From NCBI RefSeq assembly GCF_001194135.2, contig NC_068987.1:91762849-91826292 (forward strand): a stretch of 63,444 nt of DNA, written 5' to 3'. The translations under genes were made by a program, and so were the position numbers. Shown here in pieces: positions 1-12,790 of this stretch (position 1 is the stretch's first letter; the number at the start of each line of letters is the position of its first letter). Source of the DNA: Octopus bimaculoides. Its lineage: Eukaryota. A model generated the notes under the pieces. The model was not told the origin of the DNA. It saw only the letters and a program-made list of their open reading frames with translations, and searched no databases.

Positions 1-1
1 T

Positions 2-35
<34 letters not shown>

Positions 36-44
36 TACCTTCCT

Positions 45-86
<42 letters not shown>

Positions 87-117
87 TACCTTCCTTCTTT
101 CTTTCTTTCTTTTCTTT
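1..117. repeat. (CTTT)n/(CTTC)n polypyrimidine microsatellite
   Basis: Tandem ttct/cttc units are directly visible. Confidence 0.95.
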
Positions 118-706
118 TCTTTGTGAGCTTTCTCCGCTCTTTCCCCCTGTCATTAGTTTTCTTTTCACTTCTTTACTTTCACTTCTTTTCTCCTTCAACC
201 TCTATTTCTATTACACCTCTTTTCATCTATTACCTCAGTTACATATCCTTTTTCCACCTTACATTTTTTTCAATTTCTTTTCTTCTAGTTATCAATGTTT
301 CTTTCCTTTATTTTCTTATTTCTTTATAGCTTTATTTTCCCTTTCCTCTCTCCAAACCTCACATTTTCTTTTCACAAAAATATTACACACTTATTTTACT
401 AGCTACATGAATGTTACTCTCAATTTCAATCACTTTTTATCGTATTTTTATTCTTTATCCTAATATTTTCGAATTAGTTTGTCCCTCACTTCTCTTTCAC
501 TCACTCCTGCACTCACTCACTTTCCCCTCCTATTTCTCTCTCTCTCTGTTTCTCTCGTTAACTTCACTTCATTCACATCATTCTTTCATTAGAATCTCCT
601 TTTTTCATTCAATTTTCCGTTCATATTTATCATCACTTTATTGTTTCCTTTTCTCTGACTTCATATTTCACTCCTCGTTTTTGTTATTGTGAATGTCATG
701 GAATCA

Positions 707-747
<41 letters not shown>

Positions 748-776
748 GTGTGTATGTGTATGTGTATATGTGTGTA

Positions 777-807
<31 letters not shown>

Positions 808-822
808 GTNNNNNNNNNNTGT

Positions 823-867
<45 letters not shown>

Positions 868-1310
868 CGTGTATGTGTGTATATATACATATATATATAT
901 ACACACACACGCATCATTCAACTTTTTCAACTTTCCATCAATTTTTTTCAAATTTACGATATTTCTCATATGTTACACGGTTTTAATTTTGTATATTCTG
1001 TTCTTATTCATGTTTACCTCAAGAAAAAAATATTCGTTTAACCTTGTTTGTTATTTTCTCTTACCGTTCCCAATCTGTTTGTATAATCTTACCTTTATTT
1101 CCCTTTCATCGAATCCTTTAAGGTTTCAATAAATATGCCATTCAAACATACCTATGCATAAAGATACACAGTAAATACTCATTCATTATTTGTCTTTCTT
1201 ACTAAAGATAACTTTCGAAGGAAATGAAATTTTTCTTCTTTATGTAATTATGTCGGTATATGTCTTGAAGTAAATGTATTTCTCTATTTCAACTTATGTT
1301 TGCTGAGGCC

Positions 1311-1347
1311 CATCCATCCATTCATCCATCCATTCATCCATCCATCC

Positions 1348-1400
<53 letters not shown>

Positions 1401-1553
1401 CTTACCCGTCCGTCCATCCGTCCGTCAGTCTGTCTGTCTGTCCGTCCATCAGTCTGTCTTTCTGTCTGTCTGTCTGTCTGTGTCTGTCTGTGTCTATCTG
1501 TCCATTCATCCATGTATGTATGTATGTATTATGTATGTATGTATGTATGTATG

Positions 1554-1584
<31 letters not shown>

Positions 1585-1750
1585 TTATCCATATATCTAT
1601 CTATTTATCTATCTATCCATCTATTTATCTATCCACCCATCCATCCGTTCATCCATGTACGTACGTATGTACGTATGTATGTATGTATGTATGTATGTAT
1701 GTATGCATGTATGTATGTATGCATGTATGTATGTATGTATCTATCTATCA
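1311..1750. repeat. Compound tetranucleotide microsatellite (CCAT, CTAT, CTGT, GTAT)
   Basis: Consecutive blocks of 4-mer repeats are directly visible. Confidence 0.95.
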
Positions 1751-2280
1751 CCTTTTACACACACATGCATATACACCCATACATATAAATATGCGGAAGC
1801 ATATTTGTGTGCATATGACTTTACAACTTCGTACCTTTATGTGTTCCCATTTAATATTTTCTATAAAACATTTTTATTCCATATTTCCTTATGGTTTTCC
1901 TCCATGCTGTACTGAAGATTAAATTTCCTAAATCCATCAAGGACGTTACTAGATATTTGCATGCACACCTTCAGGGGAACGCAACGACGGGGCGAGTTAT
2001 TGATAGATTTCAGTTTAAATGAAATTGTCTTTATCACCTTACATGTATATTTGTAATTTATTGTATATCAATGGAATAATTCAGGTACAGGTATTATTAA
2101 ATAGTGTTTCATAAACAGAATTTCGTGTGCAAAACACACTTCTCTTTAATTATATTTTTAATTATAAATATTTAGCTACTTTATCTGCCGCAAGTTAATT
2201 TAATCCTTTTCATACTGTAAATGGGAATATATTTAATATCTCCAAATCAAATATTTTGAAATTCTTCAGCTTCTGCTTTA

Positions 2281-2722
2281 GTGGCTGTGTGGTAAAATGC
2301 TTGCTTCCAAACCACATGGTCCCGGGTTCATTGTCACTGCATAGAACGTTGAATAAGTGTCTTCTATTATAGCCTCAGGCCAACCAAAGCATTCTGAGTT
2401 GATTTGGCTGACGGAAACTGAAAGAAGCTCATTATATATGTATATGTGTGTGTGTGAGTGTGTGTATGTGTGTGCATGCGTGTGTGTATAAGTGTGTATG
2501 TGTGTGTACGTGTATTTGTGTTTTTGTTTATGTTCCCCACTCACAGCCAGGCAACCTGTTCTTGTGTGTTTACCTCCCCGAAACTTGGCGGCTGGGCAAA
2601 AGAAACCGATAGAGTAAGTACCAGACTTTGAGAATTACAGGGTTCGATTCATTCGACTAAAATTCTTCAAGTGGTGTCCTAGCATGGCCGCAGTCTAATG
2701 ATGAAACAGATAAAAGATAAAA
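2281..2722 (+). mobile_element. tRNA-derived SINE, family 1 (gtggctgtgtggt head, internal TG repeat, ...gcatggccgcagtc...aaagataaaa tail)
   Basis: Head and tail match copies at 40381-40792, 51275-52545 and 58990-59550. Resembles octopus OR-type SINEs (from memory). Confidence 0.8.
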
Positions 2723-3172
2723 AATAGAAGGTAAACGATATATGGATGCCAATACAGATATGTATACTAGCAAGCACGCACACGCACACACGTTTACGCA
2801 CACACGCATACACACAGACATTCATACACACACACACACAGACATTCACACACACACACACACATACTCATATACTTACTGCGAAATCGTGTCTTGAAAC
2901 CAATATTGTTATACATGGTGATGCCCATAATTTGCCAAATTTATATACAGACTGGGTATTTGCTCTTCACTTCAGCTTTATATAATTCTCATGTCAGGTT
3001 CATTGACAAAGATCTTTCGTCACACATCTTGGGACCTATTCAACGACTCTCTACCTCACGTGCCTCCTCTTGTTTGCTCATTTCATTTCGAAAAATAGAA
3101 TAAGAAGAACAAGTTGAAACACTTACGATAAGTGAAATAACACCTGTATAATAAAATCTGCTTTAACACACG

Positions 3173-3213
<41 letters not shown>

Positions 3214-3429
3214 AAATTTCTCACCAGGGAGCAGTGAGGTATGATGCTGAGGGGATTGTTATGCGAATAAATGCTTCTATAGTTACACTCCATATATATA
3301 TATANNNNNNNNNNNNNNNNNNNNNNNNNNNNNNNNNNNNNNNNNNNNNNNNNNNNNNNNNNNNNNNNNNNNNNNNNNNNNNNNNNNNNNNNNNNNNNNN
3401 NNNNNNNNNNNNNNNNNAGCAATGTTAAA

Positions 3430-3483
<54 letters not shown>

Positions 3484-4065
3484 GTGTGTGTATATATATA
3501 AGTGTGTGTGTGTGTATGAAATACAATATTTACAAAATCTAAATAATGATAATGTTATAATTCCATGTTACCAAACATTTTCGTTCCATGTATGCAGACA
3601 TAATGATATTTTTTTAAAGAATGAGGAAGTAAATTTTAGGGGAGGTAATCAATGATTGTCATCATTTGAAGCAGGGGAGGTAATAACTCTTTGTTTTGGA
3701 AAGTGAATTGATATGTACATTAAAAAAGATATGTATTTTTGATCTAAAATATTTACATCGTCCAAAATGCGTTATATGTTCATATTGAGGCTAATATTTT
3801 TCAATAGATCGAGTTGTTTTATTTATCTGTTGTTGTACAGAAGGTGTGCCATCGCATTTGTATAGGGAGAAAAACTTTGAAATTTTGTTGTAGATTACCT
3901 ACACATCTCTCTGTGTTCGATTACTAATAATTGTTTATATCTTGTGAAAGGGATTGGTTCCTTATGCAGTTATGTTCTCCGTCTGAGAGACATGCTTGTT
4001 TGACCTATATATTTGAGTCGGCTACCTACACAATTTATGACGCATATATATGTGTCTGTGTGTGT

Positions 4066-4107
<42 letters not shown>

Positions 4108-7100
4108 CTGTGCATGTATGTATCAAATTCTTAAACACCCTGCTGATTAGTGCAAGGTATGTAAATTTGTCTTGACATAACAGTTAGGTACTTGGTTGTG
4201 ACTGTTTTAAATAGTAATTACTATGACACTCATTTCCCAGACACACGGCTGAGGAGTGGTTATTCTCTGAAAAGGCACCAGACATCACGAAACAGAGGAT
4301 GGTAACTCTAGTTTTCTGTGTATGTCGGATGGGAATGCCGAAATATATTCAGATCTGTTTACATTCCGAGTATTATTCTGAAACAATGGAATTCAACTGA
4401 AATATTCCAATACACGGTGTTTATGCATAAAAATATAACTTAAATAATTATCCATCTGTTTATTTTCACTTAAAAATAGCGGCCTATCACACTATCAATG
4501 ATTATTATCAATATTTCGTTCAGTCTACTTCTCTACATAGAATTTTTTCACTTTAGTCTAAAAACATTTACACTCACATTTATCTGTTTATAGAATAACT
4601 TGTTCATTCAATGCTTCAATAGCTTCCGTCACGATCGAAACAATTTTCTATCCATAGCCATCTATATAAACAAATATTTAAATTCTGCTTTTGTGTTTTG
4701 AGAGTATTGAATTTTATTTTTGTAGCTTACTTCTTGCAAATTGACGCTTTTTTTTTTACATACACTTACAGACACACGTACACACCCGTACATAGATTCA
4801 CCCATAAACGCACGCAAACATATGTGAATTATTAAATACCATCCTAACAATAGCTTTCTGCTAAGCAATCATTCAGTTCTGTATGCATCTTCCTAATTAA
4901 ATATATTCTTAAATAAACATATAACTTGCAGAGTATACTTATAAAGGCGCCAGGGTTCGATAAGGTATGTATTCCTTAGCTAATAGATACAAGTCTTATT
5001 ATATTCCTCATGTTATATTCCAAAATGTTGGAAAATATATTTGGATAGAATATTGCAGATGAAAAATACTGGACATAAAATTGTGACGAGAACCTAATGG
5101 TGGTTAGAGGTTAGGAAAGTGGGTATTTGAACTGAAAAAGAAGGCCTCGGCGACCGGCGTGGAGTCGTCCTGTATGCCCGTTTGCATCCGCGGCCGATAC
5201 TGCCAACCTGGCGGCTGTCGCCGACCGGTCTGCGACGGCGTGGTCGATACCGCCGGTCAGTCGAGTGCGCTCTCTGCCGCGCCGCCATTTCATTGCCTGC
5301 ACTTGACCAATGGCTCCTCGTCGTCCTCCGCCTTTTCATGCTCGTGCGCTTGCTCGTTGCCATCCCGTCCCGTCTCGTCCCTCTCCACGCTGACACGACT
5401 GAGCTCCGTCGCCGGAGCCGTATCGTCGAGCCTGCTAATAGTGGTTAGAAGTTAGTAAATTCGGTACTGGAACTGAAAAAAAAGGCAGAGAAATGAGATA
5501 AAAATAGAAAAACAGGGGAAAATATGGTCGATCAAAGATAATTGATGCTCAAAGTCAACTAATTTCAAATGTTTCTCCAATTTTGTGGATTTAGTCAGGT
5601 TTGGAAAAGTTTCCATCTGTTTCGTATCAGCTGCGAATAATATTTAATTTCTTGCCTTTTGTTTCTTTTTCGCTTTCATTTCTTGAATTTCACTAAAGAT
5701 CTTATAAATTTCTGCATAACTTCAATGATTTCTCATATTTCTTGGATTTAATGTTTCGACTTTCTGTCTTGTTCAGGAACTTCCCTTTAGTACATTTTAC
5801 CTACTTGTAAGATACCAATATGGTGTGATATTTACGAAAATGAAAAAAGACATTTACTTCAAACTTTCGTAAGTCAATGTGAACATCAATTTAATACGAT
5901 TCCTAACATTACTAGTCAAATGTGTTTATCATAAAGCAGAAATTTAAAAAAGGGGATCTTATTAAGATTTCATTTCAATTGCTTATCTCCGGTACTATCT
6001 CTGATCATATATACAATATACTTATTGCATTTTGTATATACAATATCGTATATTGTATATAAAATATGTACAATATGTATATTGTACTTATACAACATCT
6101 TTGTTTGTGAAATATACATTACACCTGGAAGGTCTATGTAATGGCCAGCATTTCTCTACGCCAAAATAATAGTAAGTGAAGTTTGGATTGTGGTCACAAT
6201 CGTGAAATAAATGCTGCAAGTATGTCTACTCTAGAAATAGTCACGTGTACTGATATTTGTGCACGACTCTCATGTTAGAGAATACAATTACAACAATGAC
6301 CTTATACTGAAGTTCAACAAATGTTGCTTGCTGACGTAATTGTATTGTCATAAAATAATTGAATCTTGTGGTGACATTCGCCCCGATATAATTCCATTCT
6401 ATTCCTGTCACCAACAAAGCGCGTTGGCCACTTTATAGTCATTACATTGCTTAGTATTGAGTGCACGGTGCGTCAAGGAAAGTGTACTGCATAATTTTCA
6501 ATAAATTACATCTAATAAGATTTTGGTTGACTTTCTCCATATTGTCTTATCCAGTTTTCTTTCGATTCTTTTCGTGTTCTCATTCTTATTATCCATATTG
6601 GTTTTAGCGATCTTTCCAAGGTAAATTCGGATTTAAGACATAAATCAAAGGAACACTCAAATAAAATTGTCCTTGGTTAATGAGACGAACAGATTAAGTA
6701 CTTAACAGAACTGTTTGTTATTTCAATAACAGTGCTTTTGGTATTTATTGACTATAGAATGCAAAATCTTAATTTTAATGAGAATACAGAATTTGAAGAG
6801 GCGAAATTTAGTTGCTATTATCACTAATGACAAATGGCTGTCCAGAAACATCATTATTGGCTCAATCACGTGCTTATTCACACTACAGAATTTCACACGG
6901 AATGTCATTCCCTTTCACATTTATTCATTCATTCACACATGCTCATGCACACCCACAAACATACATAAACTATCTCTCACACACACACTCACACACACAC
7001 AGACACACACACACACACACACAGACACACAGACACACACACACACACATACACAGACACACACACACAGACACACACATACACATACACACACACAACT

Positions 7101-7479
7101 CACTCATTTACATGCATTCATCAAATGTTAATATAAAAACATGCAATCTATCTCATCCACAACGTTTATTCTCTATTCTCTACGATTTCATATTCACCAC
7201 CCCTTCCATCACTTCCACCATACTTAATTACGTGTATATACACACATAAATACCTTAAAATATATGTGTGTGTGTGTGTGTGTGTGGATACATGAGAAAG
7301 TATGTAAGTGCATTAATAGATTACACACTCTTGAATGTATGCTTAGATCCCTTTTACAATGATTCTTTTTACCTATGAATTTTTGCGTTGATGCCATCTT
7401 AAATTTAATATTATTCGGCAGATATTTCGTCGACGTCGTTCTATATCGAACACCTGCCGCTCATTGATGACACTACAAC

Positions 7480-7830
7480 AAAATTCCTCCCGATTCAGCG
7501 CGAGTTCTTCAGCTGTCTTGCCACTCCTGTCCAATCTTGATACTGTCCATCCATTCTATTCTTTGCCTACCTCTTGATCTACAGTCCTCTACTCCTTGAT
7601 AATGTTTTTCAAATCTTTACTTCTTCGAATATGGCCATTATAAACGAGCTTTTTGTTTTCACAATGCTCAGGAGTTATTGTCATTCCCCTTTTTTGTGAC
7701 ACACATTCCTTCGTCCGTAAGACATTCGTAACAGTCTTCTATACATCGACATCTGAAACGCATTGATTATGTTCCCTTCAAATTTGTTCTGAGTCCATGT
7801 TTCGCAGCCAAACGAGCGCTTGCACTAGCC
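7480..7830 (-). mobile_element. RTE-clade LINE ORF2 C-terminal fragment, frameshifted
   Basis: Minus-strand translation gives GCETWTQ..NAFQMSMYRRLLRMSY, KLVYNGHIRR and RSRGRQRIEWMDSIK, which are typical RTE/BovB post-RT motifs. Confidence 0.85.
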
Positions 7831-8930
7831 TTGTTTTTATTATTTATAAGGATTAATTTGGGGCTAATAATCGGTCTGTAATACTTACGGTAAGAGGGAC
7901 GCCCGGGAAGCTGAATTGTGAGAATCTCTACAACTTTCTGTCTCAAATGACATACAATGTCTAACTCTGTCAGTCATATTTTAATATCCCAGCGACATCT
8001 GATGCCTACTGTCTGATAAACAACAAAAGAGATGAAAGTGTGTCTGGGGAGATTGAAACTAAAAAATAAAGAATGAAGAATTATAAATAAAGTTCATTGG
8101 TTTTTAATGTGGAAAGTACCATCGAAGTTTATGAAAAATAAAGAAAAATAAGAAAAAACGGAAACAAAATAGCAGCATGAACCAGGATTACCATCAAGCA
8201 TACCATCCAATAACTAAGTCCAAATATCGAAGAGCTATAATGTTAAAACAATAATTGCTTAATTATGTTGGGGGTCTTATTACAAGTTGGACAGAATCAA
8301 ATATCGTGCTTGAAGATAGAAGATTATACCAGTCATTTAAATAGGAAAACACGAGTCCATCAGCGATAATTCCGTTACTTTATACAATCGGCTATGATTG
8401 CATCTCTCTCCGGAATATTAAAAGTGGCAGAAACAGCAACAGCAGCAGCAACACCATACAATAACAACAACAACATAAAAAATATATGCAGGATTAATGC
8501 CATTTAGTTTTGATTATATTCATTGTTATATGGCATTTATTATAACGTGACACCTAAATCACGTGGAAAATATTAAATTCAGTAAGATAAATAAAACAAT
8601 AAATTAGTACAAATAAGGATAGCAATAAAAATAAAAAAAATAACAACATTATGGAAAATTCGGAGCCATAATTTCTGATTTTGCATAATTTCTGATTTGT
8701 ATCGTCTGGATTGTTATGAAAACCGGAAACGTACAAAGGGATTATTATAAATGCTTTAGCGTATCGGAACAGGTTGCTGTTTAGAGAGTTAAGCTAATGT
8801 TAGGAATGAAAATCGTATTGAATTCTCGAACATACCCCCAAACATTTCTATGTGACTCTAAACTGATGGTTCTTTTCATAGCAATATTTCTCACGCCAGC
8901 TTCTGAAAGTACGTGTAACGAAGAATCATC

Positions 8931-9040
8931 TTTTACTTGTTTCAGTCACTAGAGTGCGGCCATGCTGGGGCCACCGCTTTGAAGAATTTTAGTTGAACGA
9001 ATCAACCCTAATACTTACATTTTTAAAGCCTATTTCTATG
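8931..9040 (-). mobile_element. SINE family 1 tail fragment
   Basis: ttttacttgtttcagtca...tgcggccatgctgg matches 40381-40440. Confidence 0.7.
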
Positions 9041-9159
9041 TTTAGATGTTTAAGAACGAGAAAGGGAAGCAAAGGAGGTATATCCACACATACACAAGCA
9101 CACACATTAAGCTGCAAGGACGGCTGCGCATTAAGGGGCACTGCTTAAAACTACGTTGT

Positions 9160-9270
9160 TTCCGGTTCTGTCCTACTGCGTGGTATCTTAGGCAAGTGTC
9201 TTCTATCATAACCCCATGCCAGTAAATACCTTGTGAGTAAATTTGGGAAGCGGAAACTGTGTGGAAGCAG
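9160..9270 (+). mobile_element. SINE family 1 head/body fragment
   Basis: ggcaagtgtcttctat...ccttgtgagtaaatttgg...cggaaactg matches other family 1 copies. Confidence 0.65.
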
Positions 9271-9277
9271 AGCTATG

Positions 9278-9627
9278 TTGGTGAGCATGGTGGCGGTGGT
9301 GGTAGTAGCGTTGTTTTAGATTGTGCACTTTGGTGGCAGCGGCTGTTGTGAGCAGGGATTGGGCGTCTAGTCCCTGATAAATGAATTTGCAATCAGTGTC
9401 AGTGCACAGCCTCTTGCGTTGTGAATAGCGGCATATTTTGGGGTTACGTGTGTAGGCTGTGAGAGGCATAGCTCTTAATGTGTGTACTGGCAAATTCATT
9501 AAAGGGTCTTCAAGGAAGCATTAAGTCGGTTGATCACAAACTGGAATGGTAGCAGGTTAAAGCTGTGTCTGTTGCTCTTTTTGTGTAGGTTGTTGTAGCT
9601 GTAGTTGTTGATGTTGTTGTGATTCTT
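9278..9627 (-). pseudogene. Broken copy 1 of a Gln-rich/CCCH zinc-finger ORF (probably LINE ORF1-derived)
   Basis: Aligns with 12474-12788. Encodes TRNPKICRYSQRKRLCTDTDCKF, followed by a 4-nt deletion. Confidence 0.6.
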
Positions 9628-9768
9628 GTTGCTGAAGATTTGATGTGTGGGTAACAAACTCTGGTTGAATGGGCTGTGAACGCCCCTAGACCTGTGCGCC
9701 CCCGGGCAATTGACCAAGCTCACTATGTCTTAAGACGGCACTGAGGGGAAACATCGTATTTACAGCAG

Positions 9769-9848
<80 letters not shown>
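9769..9848. repeat. (CTAT)n microsatellite
   Basis: Pure tandem array. Confidence 0.95.
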
Positions 9849-9849
<1 letters not shown>

Positions 9850-10066
9850 TTTTTTCTATTTTTCCCTCTCTCTCTTTACGATCCTTTTTGATCGAAAATC
9901 TACCCCACTATTTCTTTCTTTTTTGTTTCTCTCTCTCCTTCCCCTTCCCAAAAAGAAAAGCTCTACTTTGTACCTTGTCCCCTCTGTGTTGAGCCCTGTG
10001 TGGCTAGCATCAGCATGGTCGCAGCTCTAAGCTGAAACTATAAACAAATAAACAAATAAACAAACA

Positions 10067-10111
<45 letters not shown>

Positions 10112-10494
10112 CTGAGTGTGTAACTACTTGAACTTTAGGTATATGTCTGTTAGTATGTTGATCAAAGCACATCCACCGTTTTCGGCTACCTGATGTCATC
10201 CACTGTATCGATTAATTTTCGCTGGATCTACATCAGGAAATCCGCGGTGTTTATTGAGTTTGTAATTGATGAAGGAAACGGAAGATAGATTTAGTACGAA
10301 TCTGTATTCAGTACGGCGATTGTTTCGACCCATCCTGCATCTCTCCCACAGCGGTAGGATGTTGTGCATCTGGTCGTGTTGCATCAATCAGTGCTGGCTG
10401 TGTCGTCACTTCAGGTGCTTGGTGTAGAAAAATTCTCCTTGGCATGTTGTTCCCGCTAGCTGTACATGTACACACACACACGCACGCGCGCGCA

Positions 10495-10537
<43 letters not shown>

Positions 10538-10575
10538 ATATGTAGGTGTATAGGTATACGTGTTATTTCTTTACT

Positions 10576-10794
10576 ACTCACAAGGGGCTACACACAGAGG
10601 GGACAAACAAGGACAGACAAACGGATTAAGTCGATTATACCGACCCCAGTGCGTAACTGGTACTCATTTGATCGACCCCGAAAGGATGAAAGGCAAAGTC
10701 GACCTCGGCGGAATTTGAACTCAGAACGTAGCGGCAGACGAAATACCGCTAAGCATTTCGCCCGGCGTGCTAACGTTTCTGCCAGTTCGCCGCC
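10576..10794 (-). mobile_element. tRNA-derived SINE, family 2 (ggcggcga.ctggcagaaacgttagcac head), near full length
   Basis: B-box-like gagttcaaattcc. Near-identical to the reverse complement of 25841-26067. Resembles octopus OK-type SINEs (from memory). Confidence 0.85.
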
Positions 10795-10875
10795 AGTTCG
10801 CCACGTATAGGTATACGTGTGTATGTGTGTTGGTGGGGTAGGTTCGTTGCGTTTGAGTCTGATCTCACGCCCGAT

Positions 10876-11018
10876 TAGCAACCAGTGTTGGTTTGTTTAC
10901 GTCAACGTAACTTAACAGTTCATCCGATACAATAAGTTCTAGATACTTAGAAATAAGTCCTGGGGTTAATTTGTACGAAAAAACACCTGAACGCTGAAAC
11001 AATTAAAAGATAAAAGAT
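10876..11018 (+). mobile_element. SINE family 1 tail fragment, degenerate
   Basis: ggtttgtttacgtc..cgtaacttaac...aataagtcctgggg...aaaagataaaagata. Confidence 0.6.
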
Positions 11019-12180
11019 AGAAGTATATACATACAAGAACACACATACAGATACACACGCGCGTGTGCGTGTATGCGTTCGTGCTTGCATTTATGTATAC
11101 CGGTCTGCAAACACACACATAAGTCGGTTTATATAATCCGATGTCGAGTTTCTTTCAATTTTATCTGAAATATCTAAGTTGGTTATTCGATAGCAACTGA
11201 TAGACTAAGTGCTGCGCTCGACGCGATCAGCTAATGTTGTTGAAAGCTGTGCTTCAAGATGACCACACCTGATGAGTAAAGCTAGTGAAAGACTGCAGAA
11301 AGAACTAAGGAAGAAAACGTTTTAAATTAAAGCAAAGCGAATTCGACGCAGCTTATCTACAAAACTGTCTCATGCATTTAACATTATTATTTTTCATCTT
11401 CAGTTGTAATCTTTATCCTCCATAAATTTATCACTGTTTCCGCTGAATAACATCTCGAAAAGAACTACAAATCTTTCAGCCTTTACTCACAGACAGAATA
11501 TCAACTGAGAGAGAGAGAGAGAGNNNNNNNNNNNNNNNNNNNNNNNNNNNNNNNNNNNNNNNNNNNNNNNNNNNNNNNNNNNNNNNNNNNNNNNNNNNNN
11601 NNNNNNNNNNNNNNNNNNNNNNNNNNNNNNNNNNNNNNNNNNNNNNNNNNNNNNNNNNNNNNNNNNNNNNNNNNNNNNNNNNNNNNNNNNNNNNNNNNNN
11701 NNNNNNNNNNNNNNNNNNNNNNNNNNNNNNNNNNNNNNNNNNNNNNNNNNNNNNNNNNNNNNNNNNNNNNNNNNNNNNNNNNNNNNNNNNNNNNNNNNNN
11801 NNNNNNNNNNNNNNNNNNNNNNNNNNNNNNNNNNNNNNNNNNNNNNNNNNNNNNNNNNNNNNNNNNNNNCCTACTACTACTACTATAACGACTGCTGCTA
11901 CTGCTGCTGCTGGTGATGCTTTTGCTGTTCTTGTTGCTGTTGTCACTACTGTTGCCTCCTCTTGCTCCGCTGCCGACGCCACAGCAGCTGTAGCAACCGC
12001 TGTCGCTGCTACTAAGGCTGTGGAGTTTCTGGATTCTTTACTGAAGCTTTCGAAAGAAATACCGCAAGACATTTTTTCGGATGCTCTAACGAATATGCGG
12101 CTTGTACCACGGCCTCGATAATTGATTGACGTGCCTATGTTACCACAAACAGACGCAAACATCTCCTGAGCCCCGATCAC

Positions 12181-12790
12181 CTATAACACTGCTGAAGAAA
12201 CTGTACTGAAACGATGTATTTTACTCAAATATTCAAAGCGACCCTGCAGTCTATGGATCGAAATCATCACCAAATGATTGTAATTGCAACTCTGGTTGTG
12301 GTTTCTGTTTTGGTTAGGGGTCCCGCTAATATTCTTATCTGTGCGATGAGTCCCCCCGGGAGGTGGGTAAATAGACACTTATGCTTTTGACATAATCTGT
12401 TTCGCTGGGAATAGTGGCAGACTCTAGGGTTTCGTGTAACATGAGTGGATTTTTTCAGATTTGATTTCGTATTTGGTGAGGGTGGTAGCGGCTGTTGTGA
12501 GTAGGAATTAAGCGTCTAGTCCCTGGTAAATGAGTGAATTTGCTATCAGTGCCAGTGCATAGCCTCTTGCGTAGTGAATAGTGGCATATTTTGGGGTTAC
12601 GTGTGTAGGCTGTGAGAGGCATAGATTTTAATTTGTGTACATTTGTGTTTGGCAAATTCATTAAGGGGTCTTCAAGTAAGCATTTAGTTGGTTGATCACA
12701 AATTGGGATAGTAGTAGGTTGAAGCTGTATCTGTTGCTGTTTTTGATGTTGTTGTTGTAGCTGTAATTGTTGATGCTGCTGTGATTCTTT
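12181..12790 (-). pseudogene. Broken copy 2: Gln-rich segment plus two C-x8-C-x4-C-x3-H-type zinc fingers, two frameshifts
   Basis: Finger 1 NPKICHYSLRKRLCTGTDSKFTHLPGTRR (12512-12601). Finger 2 NPRVCHYSQRNRLCQKHKCLFTHLPG (12343-12437) lies in another frame. Confidence 0.65.

Noticed and set aside
5500-5830. Lys/Glu-rich coding-like stretch on the minus strand
   Set aside because: Several stops and frameshifts and no recognisable homology; purine skew explains it.
11269-11295. CUGAUGA...GAAA on the plus strand
   Set aside because: No stem II and no NUH or stem I partner.
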